64,000 bases of DNA from the NCBI GenBank assembly GCA_013265495.1, contig MU057930.1:629599-693598 (forward strand). The letters are read 5' to 3'. Of this stretch, positions 1-14,284 are shown piece by piece. The DNA is from Vicugna vicugna (lineage: Eukaryota). The notes under the pieces are model-generated. The model saw nothing but the letters and a program-made list of their open reading frames with translations, did not search any database and was not told the DNA's origin. Within the stretch, counting starts at the first letter, position 1. Each line of letters begins with the position of its first letter. A program made the position numbers and the translations under genes.

Positions 1-244
1 CATAAAATACATTTATTTCTCCCAGTTGTGGAGAGTGAAGTCCAAGATGCCGGCAAGGGGAGATTTAGTGTCTGGTAAGGACCTCCCGGGGGTCTCTTTT
101 TATAAGGTCACTAATCTTATCCTGAGGGCTCCACCCTCCTGACCTCATCACCTCCCAAAGGTACCACCCATTAACACCATCCCATGGGGGGATTAAATTT
201 CAGCAGGTGAATTCTGGGGAGAAACACACTTTCAGTCTATAGCA
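1..244 (-). mobile_element. MaLR LTR fragment (MLT1A-like)
   Basis: Typical motifs GAAGTCCAAGAT, CTCCACCCTCCTGACCTCATCACCTCCCAAAGG and ...TTCAGTCTATAGCA. Confidence 0.75.
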
Positions 245-654
245 CCCCTCCATACCACGTCCAGGTAGGCAGTTTCAGGCCACCTATGAGACGCTCTTGA
301 GTGCAAACCTGCAGCATTCAGCCTCATATGTGACTCAAGACACTGAAACACCGAAATCTTGTGTACACAGTTCCTTCAAGGTTCTGTGCAAATGTTGGTA
401 TTTACCAAATGACATGGATCATCTAACTTTCTGGTTCTCTACGTAGGACACTGTCTTTGGTTTTGTTTCTTTTTTTTTTTTCTGACTCTACATACATATT
501 ATATTGCATGTAGATACATATATACAATACACTGCACTTTTTTTTTTAGTTTACATATAGGTACTAATTATTGTTTCCAAGAACAGATTAGATCTTTAGC
601 TTTTTAAACAAACACAGTTATCAAAGGAATAAAGCCAACAGCAAAATAAGAGCA

Positions 655-855
655 ACAGAATGTGGTACATATATACAATGGAATACTATTCAGCCATAAA
701 AATGGTAACATAGCACCATTTGCAGCAACAAGGATGTTCCTGGAGAATGTCATTCTAAGTGAAGTAAGCCGGAAAGAGAAAGAAAAATGCCAATATGACA
801 TCATTTATATGAGGAATCTAAAAAAATAATAATCATATTAGGGACACAAATGAAC
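655..855 (+). mobile_element. L1 fragment (end of ORF2 and start of 3' UTR)
   Basis: TGTGGTACATATATACAATGGAATACTATTCAGCCATAAAAA...GGAATCTAAAAA. Confidence 0.85.
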
Positions 856-1724
856 TGATTATTATTCTGATTTCTTGAATATGTGTAAGCATGTCTGACC
901 GTCCTTTATGACTGCATTACACTGCCTTTGCTCTTCACAATGAGAACAGTAAAACACAGAACTTGACAGGACTTAACACATATATCCAGCGAAACCCATC
1001 TTCTTAATAGACCATGAAGGAATACCAACTGGATGGAAGAATTCAATGCCATCTTCTCTGTCTCTCTCTCTTTTTTTTCACTTGTTATTTTTAAAAAACT
1101 TTTTTTAAATTCAGGTATAAATGATTTACAATATTATGTAAATATCAGGTGTTCCTCTTAATGGAAAATTTGAAGCCATGGAATAAGTTCTGGCTACTAA
1201 AGGACATCTTCACATTAAAAAGAAAAAAATGAGCCACAGGGCTATCTTCAGTGAAATGATCTGGGTGTTATTTACAAAAAGTTTCTTTTGTAATATACAT
1301 TTTGACTGAGGCTTTTAAATTTGGACCCATTCACCAAAGCGTTGAGTCTTACATTTGGGAAAAACAAAGAAGGACATAATGAGTTGAAGGAACAGCTCTA
1401 TATCCCTGTGGAGATGTATTTTTCAACCATCTGGGTTTTAACTGACTGTGACATGTGGCCTATTCAAGCTCTCTGTCTTTCCAGTGGTCAGTTCTTCAGA
1501 AATCCTTCAGAAACTGAAAACTGGGATGAGCTCAGAAAATCCTTGCTTTGTTTTTTTTTTCGCCCTCATATGTATGACGTTTTATGGAAAGAATACTGAA
1601 TGATTTAGCTCTTAGTGACTCACTGTTCCGCAGAAAGTTGCACAATTAACTTCATCTGCAAGGATCAGGTAGCTGGCCAGGTTTATAATTAGTGGATGGA
1701 TGAACAGATGTTTTAACCTAGATA

Positions 1725-2035
1725 TAGAAAGATAGATGGACTACTGACATATAGGTAGGTAGATAATAGATTAGATGGATGGATGGATGAATGCATGGAT
1801 GGATGCATGGATAGACAGATAGATAGATGGGTAGATAGATAGGTAGACAGTAAGGATGGATGGATGGATGATGGATGGACGGATGGATAGACAGATAGAC
1901 AGATTAGATAGATAGATAGATGGGTAGATGGGTAGATAGGTAGATAGGATGGATGGATGGATGGATGGATGGACGGATAGACAGATTAGATAGACAGACA
2001 GACAGATAGACAGAGACAAAATTAGAAAGAGATGT
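1725..2035. repeat. Complex (GGAT)n/(AGAT)n microsatellite array
   Basis: Directly visible. Confidence 0.95.
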
Positions 2036-2204
2036 ATTTTTATAACATGGAAAAATAGCAAGATGCATTAGCAAATATCTACTAAAATAAAAAAAAACAT
2101 TAATTTTCAAAAAGTTTGCACTACTGTGAAAGCAGACATAAAACCAACAAAGTTCTAAGATGTTTGTCTGACCCCTTCTAACTTTGTCACTTACTGTGTA
2201 TCGG

Positions 2205-2435
2205 AGTTTCTCGATCTTAGCACTATTTGACATTTGGATCAAATAATTCTCTGTGGTGAGGGCGTCCTGTGCACTGTAGGGTGTTGAGCAACATTCCTGG
2301 TCTCCACCCACGAGATGCCAGTAGCCTCCCCTATTTTCAGGGCTGACAACAAAAAATAAACAAACAAACAAAAAAACCCTCCAGATATTGTCAAATGTCC
2401 CTTGGGGGCAGAACCACCCCAAATGACAACCAGCG
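2205..2435 (-). mobile_element. MER20 (hAT-Charlie) DNA transposon
   Basis: GCACTATTTGACATTTGG...GTCCTGTGCACTGTAGG...CCAGATATTGTCAAATGTCCC matches the reverse complement of MER20. Confidence 0.8.
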
Positions 2436-3139
2436 ATGCTGACCTGTAACCTCATTTTCTCAGCAGGTGCGACTCAGCTCAGCATGGTATGTGATGGTTA
2501 CCTTTATACGTCGACTTGGCTGGGCCAAAAGAACTAGGTTTGGAGTCCTCAATCTATTCAGAGTGTCCTAGCTTCCCGCCCTTGGGAGAGGGGTGGTCAT
2601 TTACACATTCCTCTATTTCAGTCTCAGAGAGCAGGATGTGGGTTTCCGACTGCACGGTTGAGGGGGGTGTTGGCACCCCTAAACCCCACGATGCTCAAGG
2701 GTGAACTGCACAGTGATTACAGGAGTCCCCAGAGGAGCTCTCTCTCCCATTGCCTCATCCAAGAATCCAGGCTTTCATTGCACACTCATCGTTTCCCTCC
2801 AAGTTCCACTTCCCAGCAGCAACTCCACGAGCCTTTTAAGTCCGGAACTCTCGGCCATGTTAAGACATTCGGTCTGGATGTCTCCTGGGACCCTCACTTT
2901 AAAAATCACTTTCCTGTATCTGTAACCCCATCTTGAAGTTTGGATGTCTTCTTGGGATATTTAAATTCTTTCTAAACTGCCATCTGGGCACCAGGAAATT
3001 CGCTGGGTTCAAAAAAGACTTCTCTTTCATTTTCTTGCAAAATGTGGATCGAGGAAGAATTGAGCTGGCAGTATTGTGTTGTGTTTTGTTTTAATTGACC
3101 ATAAAGACACACAACATAAAAACAACCATTTGAAAGCAC

Positions 3140-3940
3140 ACTATTCAGACTATCATCAGAAAAATCACAAATAACAAATGTGTCAAGGGTGTGGAGAAAA
3201 GGGAACCCTCGTGCACTGTTGGTGGGAATGTAAATTGTTGCAGCCACTGTGGAAAACAGTATGGCGGTTCCTCAAAAGAACTAAACATACAATTACCGTA
3301 TGATGCAGTAATACCACTCTTGGGTATATATCCGAAAGATCCACTAATTTGAAAAGATACATGCCCCTCAATGTTCACAGCAGCAATAATTACAACAGCC
3401 AAGACATGGAAGCAACCTAAAGGTCCATCAACAGATGACTGGATAAAGAAGCTGTGGTATATTTATACAATGGAGTACTACTCAGCCATAAACAAGAATG
3501 AAATAATGCCATTTGCAGCAACACGGATGGACCTGGAAATGATCATATTAAGCGACGTTAAGTCAGACAGAAAAAGACAAATACCATATGTTATCACTTA
3601 TATGTGGAATCTAAAAAAAAATGACACAAATGAACTTATTTACAAAACAGAAACAGACTCACAGACATAAAAAAACAAATTATGGTTGTCAAAGGGGAAA
3701 GGCGGGGGGAGGGATAAATTAGGACTTTGGGATTAACAGATACACATGACTGTATATAAAAGAGATAAACAACAAGGTCCTACTGTCTAGCACAGGGAAC
3801 TATATTCAATATCCCTTAATGAACTATAATGAAAAACAATCTGAGAAAGGATATGCATGTGTAACTGAATCAGTATGCTGTACACTGGAAGCTAACACAA
3901 CATTATAAATCAACTATACTTTAAAAAAACAATTAAGAAA
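3140..3940 (+). mobile_element. 5'-truncated L1 (ORF2 C-terminus, 3' UTR and A-tail)
   Basis: ORF 3371..3670 ([17 protein letters not shown]...[17 protein letters not shown]) is the L1 ORF2 C-terminus. Confidence 0.92.
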
Positions 3941-4069
3941 AGTCACCAAATGACATCGTATATGACAGCATTCACCTGGCTGTATTAATTACGCATTAGT
4001 CATCACTACATTCTCCAGATATAGACAGGGGAGAGAAAACAATATTTCATCACCTTAAGGGGTAATAAA

Positions 4070-4285
4070 GGTGTGGTCTACAAAGAGGGGTGATTTTGGT
4101 CACCAGGGGATACTCAGCAATGTCTGGAGAGCTTTTTGGTTGTCAGTGTGGGGTTGCCGGGGGAGCTCCAGGCAGGTGGTGGGTGGAGACCAGGGACAGA
4201 GCTACACGACCCACAGTGCACAGGACGCCCCATCACAGAGTCCTCCAGCACCAGATGTCAATAATACCGAGACTGAGAAACAGCG
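4070..4285 (+). mobile_element. MER20
   Basis: GGGGTGATTTTGG...GCAATGTCTGGAGA...CACAGGAC...ATGTCAATAATACCGAGACTGAGAAAC. Confidence 0.8.
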
Positions 4286-5355
4286 TCCTAAAGAACACAC
4301 AGAAATACCTGGGGTGTGGTGTTTACACACAGGATGTTCACACAACGGCTGGCGTTAAAACCTGGTTTTCCCAAGTGGATCTTACGCTCAGAGAGACAGC
4401 TCCAATGTCCCTGCAAATGCACGTCAGTTCTGGAGAGTTAAAAGGAGGAGTTGAATACCCAGAGGAAGCGCAAACAGGATCTTGAAGAGGTGTCTGTATT
4501 CCATGTTCGCCTCAGTGTTACTCAGAATGGCCAAGATATGGGAGCCACCTAAGTGTCCATCTGGTATACCTGGATAAAGAAAATGTGGTAGACATGCTGT
4601 GTACCTGTCACTACAAGGGCATAATGTGCTATAAGTGTGTCCAATCAACATGTTATACACCTTTGCTGTTTGTCAAATATATTTCAATTAAAAAAGGAGT
4701 ACCATGCTCCTTAGAGAAAACTGAGAAAGTTATGAGAGGCATATTCGATTGCGGGAGGTCCCGCAGAGCTGGGCAGGTTCCCAACACTTTCTGGAAGAAA
4801 GCTGGACTTGTCCCCCAGACCCCTTCTGTCCGTCTTGCCGGCCACAACCCGGTGTCTGTCACGGATCCACTGTCTCCCAGCTTTGCTGCCTTCGACCTGC
4901 CCCCACGTCCTCATCCCCTCCCTCCTGGTCTTAGGTCAGTTCTCCAAAAGCCAATTTACCAGAGAATCAAGTCCCAGAAATGATCTACTTTACTGACTTA
5001 CCAAAGAACAGGTTCCCGGGGCTACGCATGACCCCTGGGAAGGCAGAGCTGCAGGCTGGGCCAGGGGCTAAGTCACCTGTCTGTCTGTCTGTCTGTCTTT
5101 CCCCTGGCACAGGGTCCTCTCTCTTCTCTGCCCCAGCTCATTCCTCTGTAGCAGCTGAAAGCTGGGGTAGAGAAAGAGATCAGAGACTCCTTGGAGAGCT
5201 CTCAGGAAAGCAAAATAAAAACCAGTCAAGGAACAGTGAGTTGATTTCCTCAACAGATGCTTAAAGCATCTGGTGAGATATGAATTGCTGTAAACTTTAA
5301 GACCAGTGAAAATGGTCAAGCATTTGCCAAAATCTTGGAAAGCTGATAAAAATTC

Positions 5356-5356
<1 letters not shown>

Positions 5357-5414
<58 letters not shown>

Positions 5415-5449
5415 CATCCATCCATCCATCCATCCATCTAATCTATTTT

Positions 5450-5491
<42 letters not shown>

Positions 5492-5910
5492 AATCATTCA
5501 TCCATCCAACCATCCAACCATCCATCCATCCAACCATCTATCCATCCATCCATCCACCCACCCATACATACATACAACTATGTATCTATTATCCATCCAC
5601 CCACTCACCTATCTAATCTGTTATTCATCTCTCCATCCATCCATCCACCCACCTATCCATCCACCCATCTATCATCTGTTTCTTTCTATCATCTGCCTAT
5701 TTACCTATTGTCTATTTCTGCCATGTATCTACCTGTATTCACCTACTTGTTTCTATTATCTAGCTAATTAGCTAGATAACTAGCTATTATGTATCACCTC
5801 TCTCTCCATGTATCTATATCTACCCACCTACCTACTATTTATCTAATCTAGCTAATCTCTTTCCTATTATATATTATGATCTATCTCTTCTATGTATTCC
5901 TATCTATTTA
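5357..5910. repeat. Complex (TCTA)n/(TCCA)n array
   Basis: Directly visible, with a perfect (TCTA)n core at about 5357-5412. Confidence 0.95.
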
Positions 5911-8504
5911 TTGTTGTGTTATATGTACTTACAGATACATGGATAATTTGCAAGACGTACAAGTAACTACAGTGCAATGCCTTTGTGGGGTGAGATGGGT
6001 AACCTGGTAACAGTGGAAATTACTGTTGGAGGGATGAGCCAGCGTTGGGCCTGATGCATGTTTTGTTCAATCCTGCAGCCAGACACTGCCAGGGGGGCAT
6101 CTCTGGGGCAGCCTGCCTTGCTCCCTCTGCTTCCCCTCAACACACCATCCCAATGCCAACACCAGCATCACCCTCCCGCCCTGTGCCCTGGCCAGTCTGG
6201 CTTTGCAGAGCCCCCCGCACCTCCCCTGTGTGTGTCCCCAGGCCCTCCAGTTCCATGGTTCATGATGTCCACTCTAGTGGTTGGTCATTTGTCCAACCTC
6301 TGCCCCTCCCAGTGAGCCCCCACCACACGCACACTGATAGCACCCAGAGGCTCATGGGTTTCCCTCAACCTGTTTTTCCCACACCTGACCCCACACTGGC
6401 AACAAGCATCGCTGGGTAAATGTCCAAGCAAAGACACGCACTGATTTCTTTCGACCACGGCGACTGAAGGAGCCCTAATACAGGGTGCGGACTCTCAGCT
6501 CCTCAGAGCCAACACACAACAGCTAGGGAGTTTATTCCTGCTCCAGAGAATGACTGAAAAGCATGGGGAAAGCAGCCCATTCCTTAAAAAAATCCCTTGA
6601 CCATCAAGTGCAGTAAAATAGACATCCTGGAGAGTTTTTTCAGCCAGACCTTCCCCCAGCTGGATGCCAGGGCATCTGGTTCTGCTTCAGAGCAAAGTTA
6701 AGCGTGATTTGTTACAAGGCTTCATGGCACACACGTGCACATACATGTGTGTTGGTGGAATTTTCTGATACCTGCTAGTGTGGCAAGGGCGTGGGGATAA
6801 TTTTGTGTACCTGTTCAGCAGCCCTCCCCCTTGACATATGTACAAAGAACTGGATGCAAACTTAATTTTCATTTCTCTGCCTGTGTTTTTCCCTGTTTTG
6901 CTCAATTCCTACTTTCTGGTTGGAAGCAATATGACTAAAAAATGTCCTAGAAGATCAACAGCAGATTTAAATCCGGTATGTCTTTTAAGTATCTCCCTAT
7001 GCCAGGGAGGAAACAGAAAGTTAAAAATGATCATTTAGATTATTTACATATTTCTGAAATATTTTAACAAGGTTACATACGATTGGTAGGAAAATCAATG
7101 CAGCATGTAACAGTGAATCACATGCAGATTGAAGGGGAGAAAAAAATGCGTACCTTTAGTGAAACGCCATGGAGTAAAAAAATCTGACTTTCTCCTAAAA
7201 TAAAAGAGACTGAAGAAATTCTTTCCTTCCAAGTTTAGAAACCATTCAAACTTCATGAGTTTGCTGTTTTGATCATAATTTAAATTTTTTCCAGATTTCT
7301 ACCCTTAGGGGAAAAAATATGGCTTCATGGTTTTAGTGAAGAAAGATCAAAATAGTATATTAAATGCTCTCAGAAGACTTTCTGTACATATAAAAAATTC
7401 AGTGAGTTAATATAAAATAAATCAGAAACAGATAGATTGATCCTCCCTTAGAATTATGCAACCATTGAGGCGTTAAGAAAAATGAGGGATTAAAAAAACA
7501 GGAAGGTCAATGAAAAACTATCAATTATCCAGAGAGAAACATTTAAAAAGCTTTAATTATGGTTTAGACTCCCACTCACAACAAAAGCCAAAATATCGTG
7601 TCTTCCATCTTCACACGACGTGGAATCTCAACCACGTACGTTTTCCGTGCTCAGTTGGAAAACCCAAAGAAGGGGTCATCGGTTGGGTTAACTAACCACT
7701 AGGGATCAGCAGCAAAGCCATTTTACAATATCCAAGTGAACTGATTAACAAAATGTTGCCTAATACAAATGCATTCCTTTCTTCCGTCCAACTTCCCCAA
7801 GTCTAAGGAAATTCCCCTCAGAAGCCCAAGGTGACCTGGGCCCAGCTCCACAATCAGCCACTTTGGAGGAATACGCCCTCCCGTGAATGTACAGCAGCTA
7901 AAACTCGCTTCTACCTGTTCCTTCCCCTCACGTCACTTCCAGCCCTACGGAACCGAGGGTGAACTTCTCTTCCATGTGAGAATTAATTATAAACAGAGGG
8001 GTGAGAGCCTCCAGGCATCCATGAGATAAACTGTCAGTTAAGGACCCATATCAGATCTACCGCTGCTGCGTAACAAGCAAGCCCCGTCGCCAAAGACGAC
8101 TGCCATTTTACTCGCTTACTTCTCCATGTGTTGGCCATTCCTGGCCTCAACTGGGTGGCTTTTGTCTTAGTCTTCTCTTGGGTCTGTCCCACGACAGCAG
8201 TCAAACTGGCTGTTTTAACCAATGATGAAGACGGATGGATGGACGACCCAAGCTGGGGCCCCTAGGCTGATCGGTGGAATTATCCAATGGGCACATGAGT
8301 GCATCTACTTTATGGCATCCAGTCTCATCCAGAACACCCAGATGATGGCAGCTACCTGACAGATCCCAACGGAAGGATATCGCAGCCAAGTCCAACCCCC
8401 ATTGCTGATTCACAGACTTAGGAGCAAATCCAGGATTTGTTATATGGCACAAACCGGTGCTCAGCAAGTTTTAGTAACTGGCCCACAGTCACCAATACAG
8501 GACA

Positions 8505-9021
8505 CCATACTGGTTTCTCAGAGCAGCCATAAGGAATGGCCACAGACTTTGTTGACTTTAGACAACACATGATTTTTCTCTTGCAACTGCAGAGGTTGGA
8601 AGCCTGACACAGATCTCACTGTCAGGGCTAAAATCAGGGTGTGGGCAGGGTTGTTCTGGGGGAAAATCTGTTCGTTCCTCTTTTCTAGGAAGAACCAGGA
8701 GGCTGTTGCTTCCTTGGTTTGTGGCCCCTTCCTCAGTCTTCAAAGCCACCAGTGGTGGGTTGCGTCCTTGTCACAGAGAATCACTATGTGACTTCTACTT
8801 TGGGCCCCTCTTCCCCTTTTAAGGACCCTTATCATTACACGAGACCCCTCCCCCCAAATAATCTACCATAATCTCCGTATTTTAAGGATCAGCTAATTAA
8901 CCATCTCAGTTCCATCTGGAATGTTAATTCCCGTCCACCATATAATTAAATACAATCAGAGGTCCCAGGGATTACCACGTAGACGTGTTTGGTGGGGAAA
9001 ACCATCATTCCACCTACCACA
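8505..9021 (-). mobile_element. MaLR LTR (MLT1D-like)
   Basis: GGGCTAAAATCAGGGTG, GTGGCCCCTTCCTC, TTTAAGGACCCTT and a terminal CCTACCACA. Confidence 0.75.
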
Positions 9022-10612
9022 AAAGCAAAGGAACTGAATACATAACCTGTCTTGTCTATCCCCAAAGGCAGACTATGAGCTGTGTTATTTTCTGCCAAAC
9101 ACTGGCAGGGGCAGACATATAGGTCAGAGCTGGGAGACCCAAGGTGCCCATCTCTCCCCAGCTCCCTATCCCATGACCTCACGCTGGCATCTTCGAATTG
9201 GTCATGGTGGAAACTGGCCTGAGCTACCCATCCCAGTTCCCTAGCATCTGCTGAGAGCAGTTCCTAGCATATATAAACCCTTCCCCCCACCACCCCAACC
9301 CAATATGATACAGAACTGGAGAGCGGTCTGTGAAGGCAGAAGGAGGGACCAGACTTAGACCGGAGAGGAGATGAGAATATTACACGTTTGGGAAGGTGGT
9401 TCGTAGGTTCACAGAAGCTCCTGGTCCACGGGGAGCAGCAGGTGAGGAGCTACAAGGGTTTGCGATGAATGAGCTGACCGTGTGTGAGTTTTCATCAGGG
9501 TGAACTGAACACACATATTTTTAAAACTCCTCGAAACTCCATTCTATATCGAATGTCCCACGGAAAATGGTATGAAGAATCTACAATAGTCAGTGAAGTC
9601 ATGTGGTTTTCCCCATTAAAATTCAGACAGATGTCATCACACCAAATGGATCCATTCTTGTTTGTTGCCAATGAGAAGGCAGCATGGTTCCCTTGAAGAA
9701 ATAGATTTTGCTGAAGATACAGAATATGTATATCCTAGTCTAGATGTGAGTCCATGTTTTCTTGATTCCGAGATGCATGATGCCACAAAAAGGGGGAAAA
9801 TGACACTATATGGTAGAGGGGAACTCATCAGGGAGGAAGCCATTGGCTGCCCCGCACGCGACTCCATCTGTGCTCATGCGTTGGGGGTCTGCGTGTATGT
9901 TTGATGGATTAAGTCATCCCTCCACATAGTCGAACCCACGTTGTTGGCTACACACAGTGTCTCCATATGCTTCAACCCTCTGAAAGGGAATTTCTGCCGT
10001 GGAAGCAAGTTTTAAAAATGGAAGTCCAAGCTGTTGCATCTGGATCCCATGTGTCCAGAAGAGTGAGTGTTCTTAGAGACGGGTGATGTCCTAAACGGCT
10101 TCAGCTGGTGGAACATTTTGGGGCTGTCCCATTAACTCATGTATACATGGGGTTCACGGTCTAAAGGTACCACAAGCTGGCAGGAGATACCTGGGTCAGA
10201 GACACAGAAACCACACATGAGAGTTTCCCAGGAACCCAAGATGGTTCTGTGGAGGAACACCCATTCTCGCCTGGTGCTGAAAAATGGGTTTTATCTGCAC
10301 ACAAGACATGGAGAACCAATAGCAGGAGTAAACTCATGAATGAAGCAAAGCATGAACCTTACTTCTGAAAAGCAAAACCATTTCATTCAGGTGTGGTGGA
10401 GGGTAGGTGACTGGAATCGTAAGTCAATTGATAGTAATAATAATGCATATAGGAAAGGATAATTTTCAAAATCTTTGTTACTGAAATGAAGAGGTACATA
10501 CTAGATTCTACTGAAAACCCGGAGCCACTGAAGGACTTTGATTGAAATCTTGATGTGACCATGTGAACTTCCAAGAGATTAAACTCTTGCCAGTGTTTCT
10601 CATGCTGAATAC

Positions 10613-11210
10613 TTTTTTTTAAAGTGAAGTACAGTTGATTTACAATCTTGTGTTAGTTTCTAGTGTACAGCAAAGTGATTCAGTGTATGTATGTGTGTGT
10701 GTGTGTATATTCTTTTTCAGATTCTTTTCCATTATAAGTCATTACAAGATATTGAATATAATTTACTGTGCACTACAGAAGGTCCATGTTGTTTATCTAT
10801 TTTATATATAGTAGTTTTTATCTGCTAATCCCAAACTCCCAAATTATCCCCTGCCCTCTTTCCCCTTTGATAACCATAAGGTTGTTTTCTATGTCTGTGA
10901 ATCTATGTCTCTTCTGTAAATAAATTCATTTGTGTTTTTTTNNNNNNNNNNNNNNNNNNNNNNNNNNNNTTTGTGTTTTAGATTCCACACTTAAGTGATA
11001 TCATGTGATATTTGTCTTCCTCTGTCTGACTTACTTCACTCAATATGATAATTTCTAGGTCCATCCATGTTGCTTCAAATGGCATTATTTTATTCTTTTT
11101 TATGGCTTAGTAGTATTCCATATATATACATGTGTGTATGTGTGTGTATACACCCCCCCCACATCTTCTTTATCCAGTTATCTGTTGATGGACATTTAGG
11201 TTGCTTCCAT
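10613..11210 (-). mobile_element. L1 3' end (contains assembly gap 10942-10969)
   Basis: Poly(T) followed by the reverse complement of the L1 3' UTR and ORF2 end. Confidence 0.88.
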
Positions 11211-14200
11211 GGAATATATCTTTCAACGTACTATATTTTAATTTTAATTCTACACCAAATGTTTATGTACTGTGGATGGGGCTTTTGTCTTTTGTCCTCC
11301 ACTAGGATTGTTCTTGATGCCTGAGATGTCATTTAAAGTAGGAAGTAGGAGGTTACAGCACCTCCAAGTCCACAGAGGAAGTTTTAGGTCAACATCATCA
11401 TTATGACACCGTGACATTCGAAGCACTGCAGGATTCCTGCACATATTCCTGGAGGGAGTTAAGGAAAAGATTACTCAGCCCAAGATTCTTTCCAGTCCTC
11501 CCACTCTATAAAATGATGCAAATATATTCGATACTGTAGTATTAGGGCAAACCAAATCTCGAATGAGGTACCCACAGCTCAAGCCGGTGCAGATTTTAGT
11601 GAAAGTTGCTACTGAAACGTCCACGTTTCTTGGCCACATGTTTGCCGAACTGCCTTCCAGTGCAGTGGGTCTATGAGTTGATGTATCTGTAGCTGAAAAC
11701 GCAGGCTGCTCTTCTTGTGTTGGATGTGGTGTGCTTTGGCCTCGCGAGGAAAAAGCGGTGTCTGTTCTCCATGAGCTGAGCTGATGAACACATGTGGCTG
11801 TGCTCTGGTTCTCATTTCCAAGGGCCTCCACACGATGAGGCGCCCACATTCCTGTCTCAAGCACTCATGCTGAGGGGTTTAACACATCCTATGTCAACCC
11901 TGTGCTATCAACTGAGAGGTAATACTACGGCAAAACAAGGATACTCCAAACAAATCTCTTCTTTAGACGCACGTAAAACCCCGTTCTAGTCTAGTTATCC
12001 CCTTTGAAACCCATGCCCTGCGTATTTGTTGGTGTAGATGGATCATGTTATAAATCCACCCCAAAGACACACTATACAGATAGATGAGCAAAAGCACAAT
12101 TCACGTCAGCTTCTTAACGTAACTTTTAATATTTAAAACGTTTAATATGCAAAAATCTTCCCCCAAATCTGGAAAGAAGGGAGAGGTTCAATTCCATCGT
12201 AAACTCATTCACATGGTCCATCACTGACATGCGTGATCATGGCTTTATCAGATCGTGGTACCGTCTGCCTGTTGACACAGGAGATGCTCTCTGAACAAGG
12301 CGTTTCTCTGTGCAGATGAGAATCCGCATCTTCCAAGCGGAGAATCAATTGGACATTTCTGTGCAATCTGGAGCTTCCTGGAAGCATTAGATGAAGACTC
12401 CTGTGGGATGCATGCCCTGGTGTGGCAGCTGATGGGGACACAGAGGGTGTGACGCAAGCCGTTCTTAGGAAAACAACATTGCTGCAAACGACACAAAGCA
12501 CGAGTTGGAGAAATAATTGCACTCATTGTCCAGGGAGGGGGTCTTTCTAGATCCACATGGCCTTGGTCCTTTTCCCAAGAGTGGCTTATAATAAAGTCTT
12601 TTTTTTCTGAACCAACCAACCACACCTAAGATTTGCAGACGGAGGACCATCGCCCAGTGGTTTGCAAGGGACAGCTGTTTGTGGTTAAATGCATCAACCG
12701 CATTCCCACGGGCGTAATCATTTTCCTGAGCATCCATCCCTGAAGTTCATTTTCTCATGTTTAACGGCCAGCCTTTATGTCTCACTTCCCAGCCCACAAA
12801 GGTCACCCCATCGGGCATGCAAAATTACCTTTATATGGGATCAACTTGGAGAAAAGAAAATTATGCTTTTTCCAAAAAAAAAAAATCATTTTTGGTTTGA
12901 CTCCTTCTTGAGCAAACTGTCTTTGTTGAAGCAGTCCCCAACCCCTCCTTGCTTTCCTTAGCATCGGCAAGGATCCTTTTTACCCAGAAGGATCTCATCA
13001 GAAACATGCTGCATTTTCTCTTGAGTACAAGGACGAAATAGAATACTTCCCCGTTTCTTTTGTCTGCTGTTTACAAGAAAATCTGCTTTTTCTAAGCTGA
13101 ATTAAGACACAAATAATTATTGAGTTTTACCATATCTTGGGCACAGTGCAGAATAAATGTAAGGATAGAAATTCACATAATTCATAATATATACAGAGAG
13201 AGAGAGAGTCATATTAAAATATCAATCAACTTCCGGGTAAAATTTTAGGAATCACGAGTTTGGGTGTGTAAGTCCAAAGATCTTCAAAGGATTGCAGTGG
13301 GCAGAATGCACCTTTAGCACCTGTGCAAAGTGCTAAAGAATCTGTAACGTTTGTAACTTGGCAGACGGAACTAAACTGAAGATGGTACGGGGAGGTTGCA
13401 AGAAAGAACCAACCACGAGGTGGGTACTCAAACACTGAAAGGCCACAACAGTGGTATGTACTTTCTGGGTGATGACACCACCAGCTAAACTTCCTTTTCA
13501 ATCAATTCTGTTAACACAGAAAAAACCCCCCCAAAAAACTCACTATCCAAAGGCAGGGGAGTGTGAGGGAGGAGTCCCAAAAGGAGAGAAGAAATGGCTA
13601 TTTCTGAAACACTTCTAATTTGAAAGCATGAGAAATATTCTGATGGGATGGAGTGCATCGTACACGTGAAAAGCCAGACTCACGAAAATTAAAGTTCTTA
13701 GAACGTGGCAAATCTGAGGTCACACCCTACAGAGGATCACACCCGAGAGGCAGAAGACAAACTCAGAAAATGCAAAGCCCAGAAGAAACATGCAATGCAT
13801 TGAAAATGGTCAGATGTGTGTGACTGTTTTAATATAGAGAAAGGATGCAGTACCCATATAACAGAATCATCCAAGAAGAGAAGCCTACCCAACAACAACA
13901 ACAACAAAAAAAGCACAGAAGACGTAGTCAAAGAAAACTTTTCTGAGTTGGCAGACCTGCGTCAACAGATGAGACATCCACGGAATTTAAAGAAGTAACC
14001 AGTAACCAATGCAGTCATTCTGAAATTTCACTCAAAAGACAAAAACATCCATGATGGGAAGACATGACATGGCAGATCTGAAATAAGATAGTAAGTGTAC
14101 AAGGTCTTGCTGATAAAATCTGGATGGTGAATGGCAGTGGTGGAAGGTCTCTACACGGGAATGGCCACTGGGTCCAGAAGTTGGACTCTGAGAAATGCAG

Positions 14201-14284
14201 CTGTGAATGCTGGAGATGCCTGTGAAGTTAGACTGAACAGGGTGCAATGGAAAGTTCTCGTGCTGGGGTGCTGGCTGGAGGTGG

